Positions 22,641 to 31,088 of a DNA stretch of 31,088 nt are shown piece after piece. The position numbers and the translations under genes were made by a program. The first letter of the stretch is position 1; the number at the start of each line of letters is the position of its first letter. Location of the stretch: positions 1 through 31,088 of the IMG/VR virus record IMGVR_UViG_3300005805_000305; one strand, given 5' to 3'. The notes under the pieces are model-generated. The model ran no database searches and was not told the DNA's origin. It saw only the letters and a list, made by a program, of their open reading frames with translations. Source of the stretch: a virus (Duplodnaviria; Caudoviricetes).

Positions 22641-23239
22641 TGGCAACGCTTACCATTCCAAACACATTTACCAATGGAGCAACAATTGTTGCTTCAGAAC
22701 ACAACGCCAACTTCACGGCAGTCAAGAACTTCGTTGACGCGATGTCTGCTGGTACAAACTTTGATGCTGGTGCAATCAACAGCGAAGACATTGCAGCTTC
22801 CGCAATTACTGAATCAAAGATTGCTACTGCTGCGGTTACGTCTTCAAAGATTGCAGCAAGCGTTACATTGACTACTCCCAACATTGGTGCAGCAACCGGC
22901 ACTTCGCTTTCAACAACGAACCAAGTAACTTCACACGTGAATATCAACCCGACCACGGGTGCTCACACACTTTTGTTGACAGACGATGGCAAAGTAATTG
23001 AAATGAATAACGCATCTGGAACGACATTGACGGTTCCATTGAACTCGTCGGTTGCGTTTCCAACTGGAACAACAATTACCGTTTTGCAAACTGGTGCTGG
23101 TCAAACAACTTTGGCTGGAGCAGCTGGCGTTACGGTAAACGCAACTCCAGGTCTTAAATTGCGTGCTCAGTATTCGGCTTGCGTCCTTCTCAAACGAGGG
23201 ACTGACACTTGGGTTGCGCTTGGGGACCTTAGCGCCTAA
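22640..23239 (+). CDS. short tail fibre/adaptor protein
   Basis: IPNTFTNGATIVASEHNANF attachment motif, ITxxKIA repeats, C-terminal LKLRAQYS domain. Confidence 0.8.
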   Translation: MATLTIPNTFTNGATIVASEHNANFTAVKNFVDAMSAGTNFDAGAINSEDIAASAITESKIATAAVTSSKIAASVTLTTPNIGAATGTSLSTTNQVTSHVNINPTTGAHTLLLTDDGKVIEMNNASGTTLTVPLNSSVAFPTGTTITVLQTGAGQTTLAGAAGVTVNATPGLKLRAQYSACVLLKRGTDTWVALGDLSA

Positions 23240-23856
23240 TGATTCAAATAGGTCTTTATTCCGCTGGCGCAAAGCCTGGTACGCCGACAATAGGTACTGC
23301 CACGGCCGGAAATGCACAAGCAACTGTTGCATTTACTGAACCGTCATACACTGGCAAAGGCGGAGCATTGACCTACACCGCAACTTCAACTCCTAGTGGA
23401 ATTACTGGAACTGCTTCTTCTTCCCCAATTACCGTTACTGGATTGAACAACGGAACTTCATACACGTTTACGGTAGTTCTTTCAACTTCATATGGCGTTT
23501 CTTCTGATGCTTCGGCGGCAAGCAACTCGGTTACTCCAGCAATTCCTCCAGTTACTCCACCAGTTACTCCACCAGTTACTCCACCAGTTACTCCACCAGT
23601 TACTCCACCAGTTACTCCACCGGTAACCCCACCTGTTACTCCGCCCGTAACGCCGCCCGTAACCCCACCTGTTACTCCGCCCGTAACGCCACCTGTTACT
23701 CCGCCAGTTACGCCTGCTTGCACTGGTTGCGGAAACTGTCAATCAACTCTTGGTTACTGTCCGTTTACTGGTAGCAACCTTGGTGTTTACGAGACTTGTT
23801 ACGATTCATGTGGAGCAGTTTGTAGCAATAATTTCCAAAACATATGTCTTGACTAA
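23239..23856 (+). CDS. FN3-domain protein with (PPVT)14 stalk and 8-Cys C-terminal domain
   Basis: PGTPTIGTATAGNAQATVAFTEP...GLNNGTSYTFTV...SNSVTP matches FN3; the repeat and Cys-rich tail are read directly. Confidence 0.88.
   Translation: MIQIGLYSAGAKPGTPTIGTATAGNAQATVAFTEPSYTGKGGALTYTATSTPSGITGTASSSPITVTGLNNGTSYTFTVVLSTSYGVSSDASAASNSVTPAIPPVTPPVTPPVTPPVTPPVTPPVTPPVTPPVTPPVTPPVTPPVTPPVTPPVTPPVTPACTGCGNCQSTLGYCPFTGSNLGVYETCYDSCGAVCSNNFQNICLD
23545..23712 (+). repeat. 14 x 12-bp tandem repeat encoding PPVT
   Basis: Units 2-6 are identical CCACCAGTTACT; units 7-14 are synonymous variants. Confidence 0.95.
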
Positions 23857-23874
23857 TCGGCTGGAAGGAGCCAT

Positions 23875-24084
23875 ATGAAGACACCGTTTACTCATCCAGA
23901 TGATTTCGTATCGTTTGCAATCATCGTTGATGGCGAGGTAGTACATCATCTAACGATGCCCAAGGAACAAGAGATGCACGTTGCAATCTTTTCCTCGGAA
24001 CCAAAATTCGTAAGGGTAGCGCCGAACGACCAACCAGCCCTTGGCTCAAAATGGGACGGAGAAAACTTTGTCAGCGTGGAGTGA
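23875..24084 (+). CDS. small hypothetical protein (possible fibre-tip chaperone)
   Basis: FAIIVDGEVV...GSKWDGENF; AAGGAG RBS. Confidence 0.75.
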   Translation: MKTPFTHPDDFVSFAIIVDGEVVHHLTMPKEQEMHVAIFSSEPKFVRVAPNDQPALGSKWDGENFVSVE

Positions 24085-24289
24085 ATACAAAAAGAAGCTA
24101 GGCACTACTCGTCCGTGGGACATTGTCAACAAACCCAAGGTGGACGACACTGATTTATCAATGCGTCTTTCATTGTGTGCTTCATGTCCAGAGTTCATCT
24201 CCAAGACCAAGCAATGCAAACAGTGCGGATGCATTATGCCAATGAAGGCTAGATTAAAGGAAGCAAGATGCCCATTGGGATTTTGGTAA
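24068..24289 (+). CDS. Cys-rich small protein (DUF6171-like)
   Basis: TTG start after GGAG; RLSLCASCP...QCKQCGCIM..KARL...CPLGFW. Confidence 0.78.
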   Translation: MSAWSEYKKKLGTTRPWDIVNKPKVDDTDLSMRLSLCASCPEFISKTKQCKQCGCIMPMKARLKEARCPLGFW

Positions 24290-24292
24290 AGG

Positions 24293-25192
24293 ATGATTCT
24301 AAAAAACGGAACGTACGATAAACATACGGTAATTTACGATACCGATGGTCCGATATCAGTATTCACTAATGTAAAAATTAAAAACAATCCCCACAGCAAC
24401 GACTTTATTCCTCTTTGTGGGACCTTCGTACCAATAACCTGTACACCGCACTATTTTCATTTTTTGAAAGAGTATTACGGATTTTATATTTATTTTAAAA
24501 GTAAATATGATGCAGATGCCAAGTATCTTAAAATAGAAAACAGTAGTTATTTTTATCCCGCGTATCAAAATATGGCTCGCGTATGTGGATACTGTTATGA
24601 CCAGATTTCTGATGGGGCTACATTTAATAATTTTTTTAACATTAATTTAGAAATAGAAAAACTTATTATTTTATTTGATTCTCAAAAATGCATCACTGGT
24701 TCTTCGTATAGTCAGCCCGATTATTTAAAAACGCCTGGGATAAATACGGTGCTAAGAAATACCGTTCTCTCAAAAATAAAAAAAACTACGCACAGTAAAA
24801 AATTATATTTATCGCGCAAAATAGTTTCAGAGCATTTACCCAATTTCCCTGTTGATAGCTCCAACGAAAGTCTCCAAAGGTGGAAAAATCAACAAATGCT
24901 TTTGCGATATGTGGACCCCGCGTTAGAGGACAAAATAGAGCAAAAATATTATAATGAAGGTTATGAAATTGTTCAATTGTCTGGTGTGGATATTTTAGAG
25001 CAGGCGTCCATGTTTTATCACGCTGAAAAAATTGCCGGTCCAATCGGGACGGCTTTTTATAATGGCATATTTTCGAGCGACCAAACCATTTTTGATGCTT
25101 TAATGCTTAACCCAAATTATTTTTACGCTTTTGACGTAGATATAAAAACAGTTCTCCCTAATGCCGTATTTAGGTATAAATATGATTATTAA
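24293..25192 (+). CDS. GT61 (DUF563)-like glycosyltransferase
   Basis: HYFHFLKE, KKLYLSR and EQASMFYHAEKIAGPIGTAFYN correspond to GT61 motifs; the usual HGAG motif is diverged. Confidence 0.72.
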   Translation: MILKNGTYDKHTVIYDTDGPISVFTNVKIKNNPHSNDFIPLCGTFVPITCTPHYFHFLKEYYGFYIYFKSKYDADAKYLKIENSSYFYPAYQNMARVCGYCYDQISDGATFNNFFNINLEIEKLIILFDSQKCITGSSYSQPDYLKTPGINTVLRNTVLSKIKKTTHSKKLYLSRKIVSEHLPNFPVDSSNESLQRWKNQQMLLRYVDPALEDKIEQKYYNEGYEIVQLSGVDILEQASMFYHAEKIAGPIGTAFYNGIFSSDQTIFDALMLNPNYFYAFDVDIKTVLPNAVFRYKYDY

Positions 25193-26507
25193 AGAAGAGG
25201 CTTATCCATTGCCCGATTTGGGCGTTGAGCCACATCTTATAAAGAATTTTTTCTTGGAATCAATGTTTGAGGATGTTAAAAAACTAATTAAACAAACTGG
25301 TATGGGAACCAAAAATGGTGTTTACCATCCGATGATGGGAAGATGGGCTTCGGGAATAACACTACCCAACGATATAGAAGAATATGTATTAGGAAAAGTT
25401 AGGGAAATATTTAAAAACGATTCGCTTGTTGTTGCGTATCACTATGCAGTAATGTATCAAAGAAAAGATGGATGTATCCCAAATCTTTGGGAACATGTAG
25501 ACCAAAATGGTTCTCAAGTTTCAATAAATATAGCCATAGAAAATACTGCGAATTGGCCATTGATAGTTGAGGGAAAAGAATATAATCAAAATCCTAATGA
25601 CGCAGTAATTTTTTGTGGTCAACAACACATGCATGCAAGACCGCCATACCCAACAAAAGATGAAACTGCAAATACAACTCAATTATTTATGCATTACACC
25701 ACACCAGACCATTGGATACAAACAGACAAAGATGGCATTCACAAATTTGGACAAGATGGTGATATTAGATTCTTTAATCGTAATAGATATTTTCCACTTC
25801 CTGACCCACCAGTAAACCAACCAATAGGCTCAGACCAAGACTATTCACCAGTTTTACGATATTACGACGACGTTGTTGGACACGCAACAGATAGCAAACC
25901 AGAAACTGTAGACATGACGATATTGACAAAAGAAGAACTTGCACCAGGAATTGTTAAATATAAGATTGCCAAAGAGTCAGCCCGCATATTGAAAGGCTTG
26001 GTTCAAAATTCAATGTTTAAACAGTGGAAACAAGCAAATATATTAGACAACAATAATGAACCTAGTTTAAACTATGATGCAAGAGATTGTTTTAATTATT
26101 TTATAACGGATAAAGAATTTACTTGTCATCCGCAAGACCCAATCAGGAGGGTTGCAGAATCCCTTCAAACGGGTCTGGACGCAATTGTAGAGGATTACAG
26201 GGGTCGTTATAGCATTCTCCCCTTGGTCAGCCATCACACGGTTTTGTTGCGTTACGAAGAGGGAAACATGTTCCACAACCACATTGACGACCATCCCCAA
26301 TACCCACGGGTTGTCTCGGTTTCGGTCAATCTCAACGACGATTACGAGGGCGGAAACCTTGAATTTAAGGAGTTTGGCTTAAATATTGCATTAGAGGCAG
26401 GCGATATCGTTGTTTTTTGCTCTGGATTTCCGTACATGCACCAAGTATTGCCAGTAACTAACGGAATTCGTTACGCCGTGGTCAAGTGGTATGAGTACTT
26501 TAGGTAA
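25182..26507 (+). CDS. tandem two-domain 2OG-Fe(II) oxygenase (prolyl-4-hydroxylase-like)
   Basis: Domain 1: EHVD...HMHAR. Domain 2: LLRYEEG..FHNHID...NLNDDYEGGNLEF...HQVLPVTNGIRYAVV. Start may be 25161. Confidence 0.88.
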   Translation: MIIKEEAYPLPDLGVEPHLIKNFFLESMFEDVKKLIKQTGMGTKNGVYHPMMGRWASGITLPNDIEEYVLGKVREIFKNDSLVVAYHYAVMYQRKDGCIPNLWEHVDQNGSQVSINIAIENTANWPLIVEGKEYNQNPNDAVIFCGQQHMHARPPYPTKDETANTTQLFMHYTTPDHWIQTDKDGIHKFGQDGDIRFFNRNRYFPLPDPPVNQPIGSDQDYSPVLRYYDDVVGHATDSKPETVDMTILTKEELAPGIVKYKIAKESARILKGLVQNSMFKQWKQANILDNNNEPSLNYDARDCFNYFITDKEFTCHPQDPIRRVAESLQTGLDAIVEDYRGRYSILPLVSHHTVLLRYEEGNMFHNHIDDHPQYPRVVSVSVNLNDDYEGGNLEFKEFGLNIALEAGDIVVFCSGFPYMHQVLPVTNGIRYAVVKWYEYFR

Positions 26508-26522
26508 TCAGTTATCATGCAA

Positions 26523-26548
26523 GTAATGAATTATCCTTATATATAGGA
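26523..26548 (+). promoter_or_regulatory. phage late promoter motif upstream of internal virion genes
   Basis: GTAATGAATTATCCTTATATATAGGA. Confidence 0.72.
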
Positions 26549-26555
26549 CCTAACG

Positions 26556-27002
26556 ATGGCTTTTGACCCAGCAATTTTCGAGGCGGCACGCCGAAACCTA
26601 TTGGCTAATTTCAGCCAACAGGCGGCGATGAACGCATACCAACGTTACCTTGCACAAACTCGTGCCATGCGCCCGATTGAAGCAGCGCAGCAAAGAGCCT
26701 TTGGTCCAACAGCAAGCGGTGGAATGGGTGAAGTTCCTCGCCTCACGTCATCGTACGCTCGTCGCGGTTTGTACGGACAGGGCGTGCGCAGCGGTTTGTA
26801 CGGACAGGCACTAAACGAATATTCAAGACAAAGAGCAAGAGACCTTGGCTATGCGCAGCAAGACCTTGAACAAATGTTGAGAGGATACGACTTGCGACAA
26901 ACAGGTATGCAATCAGAATACGAAAGAGGGCTCGCAGACCTGGAGCGCGATAAAGCTCGACAAATAAGAGAAGACGCTCAGGCGTTGTTGAATTTGAGGT
27001 AA
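26556..27002 (+). CDS. putative internal virion (ejection) protein
   Basis: Helical Ala/Gln/Arg-rich; YARRGL..SGLY motif; position. Confidence 0.65.
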   Translation: MAFDPAIFEAARRNLLANFSQQAAMNAYQRYLAQTRAMRPIEAAQQRAFGPTASGGMGEVPRLTSSYARRGLYGQGVRSGLYGQALNEYSRQRARDLGYAQQDLEQMLRGYDLRQTGMQSEYERGLADLERDKARQIREDAQALLNLR

Positions 27003-27004
27003 TT

Positions 27005-28195
27005 ATGGCTGTTGGTATTGTTAACTACGGAGCAGGAACACGGCGGTCAGGTCGTGGAAAAGCGCCTGCTCGTCTTAGTCCTAGTGAGTACGACCCAAAC
27101 GACCCAGCTGGAGTCGCAGGCACTTCTGTTTACGAAGGTGTAGGTTCTACCGGTACCACAGGCTCTACTTCTGGTACTGGTTTCACGCTCGTTGACGAAG
27201 ACGACGGTGGCGGAGGAAGTAGTTTGAGCGGGCAAGCAGCAATGCTTCGTGCTCAACTTGCTCAAAAAGAATATGAAGACAAACTTGCCGCAAGCAATAT
27301 CTCGTCAGAGAGAGCTCGAGCTGGTGCTCAAGAATCACTTAATTATCTTAAAAATTTGCTTGATGTAAGCGGTCGTCCTTTTGGTGGCCTTGAAACACAG
27401 ATTGCCGCACAAGAATCAGCAGGGCGTCAATACATAGAAGACCAAGCCAAAATGCTGTCTGACCTTATTTCTGGTCGCCGCACACAAGCAATGGATGTCA
27501 CTACTCGTGGTTACGATGCATTGCGCAATTATCTTGCTGCCAATCCAATGCAGGCATACGCCCAAACTCAGCGAGCTATGCCAACCGTTCAACAAAATGC
27601 ATTGAGCCAGTACATGGCATCACGCGGTGTAGAGGGAGCACCAGCTCAGGCTGGACAAGACGTAGTCAATGCACAACTTGCTGCACAGGCGGCGAACTAC
27701 AACCAATTGCTTAACGTGCTCACGGGAGCCGAAACGCAGCAACAGGCATCTCGTGCAGCAGAAGAACAGATGGCTCGTTCCCTTGCTGGAACACAGCTTG
27801 AACAGTTGTACGGTGCGCAAACCTCTGGTCTTGAGCAACAGCGTTTGGCTGCCCTTTCTGACCTTGCAAGCCGTGTTGCGGCTGCTCGTTTGCAGGCTGA
27901 ACAAACTCGTTTGGCTCGAGAGCAAGCGCTGCAAGATGCAATTGCCAAGTTGCTCGGTAGCGGTTTTGTAAAGGCTCCAACCGTTTCTGGCGCAGTTACG
28001 CCAGAATCAGCATTTGCTACCTTGAATCAACTTGCACCAACGGACCCGAATGCCCCAGCAGACATGATGCTGCGCCCCACGCCTCCAGTTGACGAACTCG
28101 TTCGATTGATTGCTCTTGCGCAACAGTCTCCGCAATATACAGGTGGCGGCGCCGGTGGCGGAGTGACCATGGGCAATGAAGCGGTGATGTTCTAA
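27005..28195 (+). CDS. putative internal virion (ejection) protein
   Basis: Ala/Gln-rich coiled coil with Gly-rich linkers. Confidence 0.62.
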   Translation: MAVGIVNYGAGTRRSGRGKAPARLSPSEYDPNDPAGVAGTSVYEGVGSTGTTGSTSGTGFTLVDEDDGGGGSSLSGQAAMLRAQLAQKEYEDKLAASNISSERARAGAQESLNYLKNLLDVSGRPFGGLETQIAAQESAGRQYIEDQAKMLSDLISGRRTQAMDVTTRGYDALRNYLAANPMQAYAQTQRAMPTVQQNALSQYMASRGVEGAPAQAGQDVVNAQLAAQAANYNQLLNVLTGAETQQQASRAAEEQMARSLAGTQLEQLYGAQTSGLEQQRLAALSDLASRVAAARLQAEQTRLAREQALQDAIAKLLGSGFVKAPTVSGAVTPESAFATLNQLAPTDPNAPADMMLRPTPPVDELVRLIALAQQSPQYTGGGAGGGVTMGNEAVMF

Positions 28196-29085
28196 TGGCT
28201 GTCGTTGGCGGAAATCCCCTTAAAAAACGTTTGATTGCTGCTGGTGCTTCACCAGAAAAAGCAAGCGCGTTTGTTTCACAGTTTGCCGCACAGCAAAAGG
28301 CAGGTGGTCGTCCTGCTGTTGATTTGGAAGATGCTTTTAACGAACAACTTGCAGCATTGTCACAACAGTTTTTTCCAAACGTTTTTAGACCGCCAACGAT
28401 TGACGACCCAAGATTTGATGACTATGCAGAATTTGTTCTAGGACCGCAAGCCAGGGCCACAATTGCACAAGCACAAACAAAAGCTGCACCAAACATCACT
28501 TCAATTTACAACAGTTTGGTAAGCGGTGGTTTTTATAAAGAGGATGGAACATTTGACCAAACAAAATTTGACCAGTTGTCCCTTCCTCAATACATAGTAA
28601 AACGTCTGTACGTAGACAACGACATTTCATCTTTGGCTCTTGGTTCAGAAATAAAACAAAATAAAGGTGTGCCTGCTCTTGCTACCACCGAATATACAAC
28701 CGCATTTGCTGAACCAACCGATTTCAACAACTTAATTAACACAATCACCACCGAAGCAGACAAAATTGAAACTGAAAGCACAGCAGCAAGACAAAATTTG
28801 TTGTCTAAAGACAAAATTTGGTCAGCTGGTATACCGTCAAAGAATTTAAAGTATGGGTATAAAACTGACTTGAAAAAGGGAATGATTGACTATAGAACAA
28901 TTCCCGGCGTGCCAGAGTATTTTGTTGCAGAAAACCAGATTGCTCGTGAACGTTTTCCAAGTTCTTCAGCTGCTGCAGGAATTGCTGTACAACGAATAGA
29001 AAAACTTATTGGAGAAAAAGGTTTGTCTCCATTTAAAGACGAAGTTGACCGTCGTTTATATTTGAAAAACAAAAAACCTAAGTAA
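28195..29085 (+). CDS. hypothetical protein, likely internal virion
   Basis: TAATG-coupled ORF between internal-protein-like genes. Confidence 0.65.
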   Translation: MAVVGGNPLKKRLIAAGASPEKASAFVSQFAAQQKAGGRPAVDLEDAFNEQLAALSQQFFPNVFRPPTIDDPRFDDYAEFVLGPQARATIAQAQTKAAPNITSIYNSLVSGGFYKEDGTFDQTKFDQLSLPQYIVKRLYVDNDISSLALGSEIKQNKGVPALATTEYTTAFAEPTDFNNLINTITTEADKIETESTAARQNLLSKDKIWSAGIPSKNLKYGYKTDLKKGMIDYRTIPGVPEYFVAENQIARERFPSSSAAAGIAVQRIEKLIGEKGLSPFKDEVDRRLYLKNKKPK

Positions 29086-31088
29086 TGGCACCACGACCAC
29101 GGCAAACAAATCCACCGTCTCCGCCGATTACATTACCTCCTCGCGGTAGCGGAAAATCTGGCGGCACAACGCCAGTTGTCCCTGTTCCCGTAACTCCAAC
29201 GACTCTGCCACGTCGTGGTTCTGGGATTGGTCAGCCAGCACCAACACCTACAGAAACGTACATTCAAAATCTGCAAAACATGCCGCAAGAAGAATTAATT
29301 GCAAAGTTTCCTCTTATCGAAGAAGACATTAGCGAAAGTCAAAGAAAAGCCCAACGCGCTGAAACGGAATATCAACTGCGATTGACAGATGCGCAGCGCG
29401 CACAACAACAGTTCGCAAATGAAGCAAGGCGACTTGGTGTCTCTGAAGAAAGAATTAACGCAATACTTGCCGGAGAGCAAGACCCAGAATCTGGATTTAG
29501 AAAATTCTTTACTGAGGACGCATTGCTTGGTAAAGGAGTTAGAAAAGCAGCCGGGGTAATTAAGAAAGCTGCTGACGTGGTTGGTGACATTCCCATTCCA
29601 ACGCCACAAAACCTCATACAGGCTGGACTTGAAACAATAATTGGTGGCAAACCAAGTGCCGCACCTACCCTGGGCGACGTTGGCAGAGGCATTAAAGCGG
29701 TTGCCATGCCACCGTTGAAAGCATTCGGCACAGTTTCTCGTTACTGGGTTGCAACATTGGATGAAGTTTTTGACGAAATCGACGTTTTGCGCGGAGCAAA
29801 AAAACGTGGAGAACAACTTTATTATCCACTGCCACCAGAACTTAGAGAAAAAATTGGTCCCGGTGGGATTTTCCGTGGTGGTCCCGAAGGAATTGAATCA
29901 GTTGCGTATCCACGAACACCTGCTGGCACGGCTGGATTTCAATGGAGCGAACTGCTTGAGACAGCACGAAATCCAGAAACCGGCATTGGAAACACGTTGT
30001 GGCGTGATGTTACGGGAAATGCGTATGTTGACCAATCAGTTGGGTTTCTTGGTGAAATTTTTGGAGACCCAACAAACCTGTTTACGTTCGGTGCTGGTGG
30101 AATTGCAAGCAAATCTGCAGCAAAGATAGCTGGCATTTCTCCAGAAGCGTACAGAACATTGTCTGCTGCAAGCAAAGCAGTGCGAGACCAAGGTAAATTG
30201 GCAATTGCCCGTGAGGTTGCCCTTGAACAATTGGCAAGAGCTGAAGCCGCTGCTGATGCAGCCAGAGTTGCAGCAGCTCAAAAAGAAGTAACCAAGATTA
30301 CAAAACAATTAGATAAAGTTTCTCGCGCGGTTGCAGGTGACGCAGCACCAAGAGTAAGTGGCAGAACCGGCGCAGAAGCGCTCGGAACAGAATTGCAGCG
30401 CGTTCGCGACAACGCACAAGCAATTGTTGACAGAGCAGAAGGAACGTTGGATGCTCCATTTGGCGTTGTTTCGCCTGAACAAGCAGCCGTTGCTCGTTAC
30501 ACGCTTGAGATAATCACGCCACAAGTAATTTCTGGCGCAACTTCAAAAGGTTTTGCTTCTTTAATTCCATCTATTGGGGACGCCCTGAAGAGAACAACCG
30601 GCCCAGCGGCTTCAGCGCTTGGCGTGCGCGGCGGTGTTTCAATCCGCAACCCACTTGAAGTTTTTGGTGGCCCTGGACGCGCTCGCTATACATTGCCAGG
30701 CAGCGAACTGATAACAAACCCATTTGGCAAACTGGTTTCAGAATCAATTGGCGGAATCCGTGGAGGTGTTTCGCGCGAGATACTTGAATTTGTTACACCA
30801 ACGGGAGAAGGCGGACTGTATCCAGGTGGTGTCGCTGACATGCGTGTTATGTTGCGCACTGGACAAATAAGCAAGGCTCGAGAAACAGCTTTGGTGACAA
30901 AACGAAGAGAAATAGTTGAGTTGCTGAAAAAAGAAGATGTATCACCAACGGTTAAATTGCAACTGCAACAAGAGTTGCGCGACGTTGTTGCTAAATTGCG
31001 AAGCAAGAAGTTGACACCAGAAGAAATTTCTGAAATCAATAAATTGTTGAATCTTAACCGTAGATTTTCTGGAAGACGAGTTCTTGAA
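29085..31088 (+). CDS. large internal virion/DNA-ejection protein (partial, runs off window)
   Basis: Not in the ORF track because no stop lies in the window. MAPRPRQTNPPSPPITLPP...VGFLGEIFGDPTNLFTFGAG...; the DP motif followed by an Ala-rich helix is typical of large podovirus core proteins. Confidence 0.75.
   Translation, partial: MAPRPRQTNPPSPPITLPPRGSGKSGGTTPVVPVPVTPTTLPRRGSGIGQPAPTPTETYIQNLQNMPQEELIAKFPLIEEDISESQRKAQRAETEYQLRLTDAQRAQQQFANEARRLGVSEERINAILAGEQDPESGFRKFFTEDALLGKGVRKAAGVIKKAADVVGDIPIPTPQNLIQAGLETIIGGKPSAAPTLGDVGRGIKAVAMPPLKAFGTVSRYWVATLDEVFDEIDVLRGAKKRGEQLYYPLPPELREKIGPGGIFRGGPEGIESVAYPRTPAGTAGFQWSELLETARNPETGIGNTLWRDVTGNAYVDQSVGFLGEIFGDPTNLFTFGAGGIASKSAAKIAGISPEAYRTLSAASKAVRDQGKLAIAREVALEQLARAEAAADAARVAAAQKEVTKITKQLDKVSRAVAGDAAPRVSGRTGAEALGTELQRVRDNAQAIVDRAEGTLDAPFGVVSPEQAAVARYTLEIITPQVISGATSKGFASLIPSIGDALKRTTGPAASALGVRGGVSIRNPLEVFGGPGRARYTLPGSELITNPFGKLVSESIGGIRGGVSREILEFVTPTGEGGLYPGGVADMRVMLRTGQISKARETALVTKRREIVELLKKEDVSPTVKLQLQQELRDVVAKLRSKKLTPEEISEINKLLNLNRRFSGRRVLE

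Noticed and set aside
23373-23742. Antisense GVTG / SNWW repeat ORFs
   Set aside because: Mirror of the PPVT repeat; the plus frame has an FN3 domain and translational coupling.
29295-31039. Several minus-strand and short plus-strand ORFs at the right end
   Set aside because: Shadows of the long plus-strand ORF starting at 29085 that runs off the window.

Overview
Late (morphogenesis) region of a tailed dsDNA phage with podovirus-like architecture: terminase, portal, scaffold, major capsid, adaptor, nozzle and internal/ejection proteins, with no tail tube or tape measure visible. The host is probably an actinobacterium (WhiB gene, leaderless-type promoters). From left to right: a leftward operon ending in a truncated GT2-TPR glycosyltransferase that the ORF track missed; a ~0.9 kb non-coding region with tandem NrdR-like boxes and a G4-capable tract; HNH and whiB; a ~420 nt structured non-coding region; a TerS-like gene; HNH; a giant G-X-T collagen fibre and a Gly-rich module; terL; HNH; a cluster of tiny basic genes; head and neck genes; a (PPVT)14 protein cassette with a GT61-like enzyme and a double 2OG-Fe(II) oxygenase; and internal virion proteins. 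The best novelty candidates are (1) an unrecognised minus-strand pseudoknotted ncRNA with its own copy of a recurrent phage promoter motif, set back-to-back with terS across an 11-bp-phased operator array, and (2) a putative virion hydroxylation/glycosylation system acting on Pro/Thr-repeat fibres. All calls come from manual reading and motif recognition; no searches or folding programs were run.
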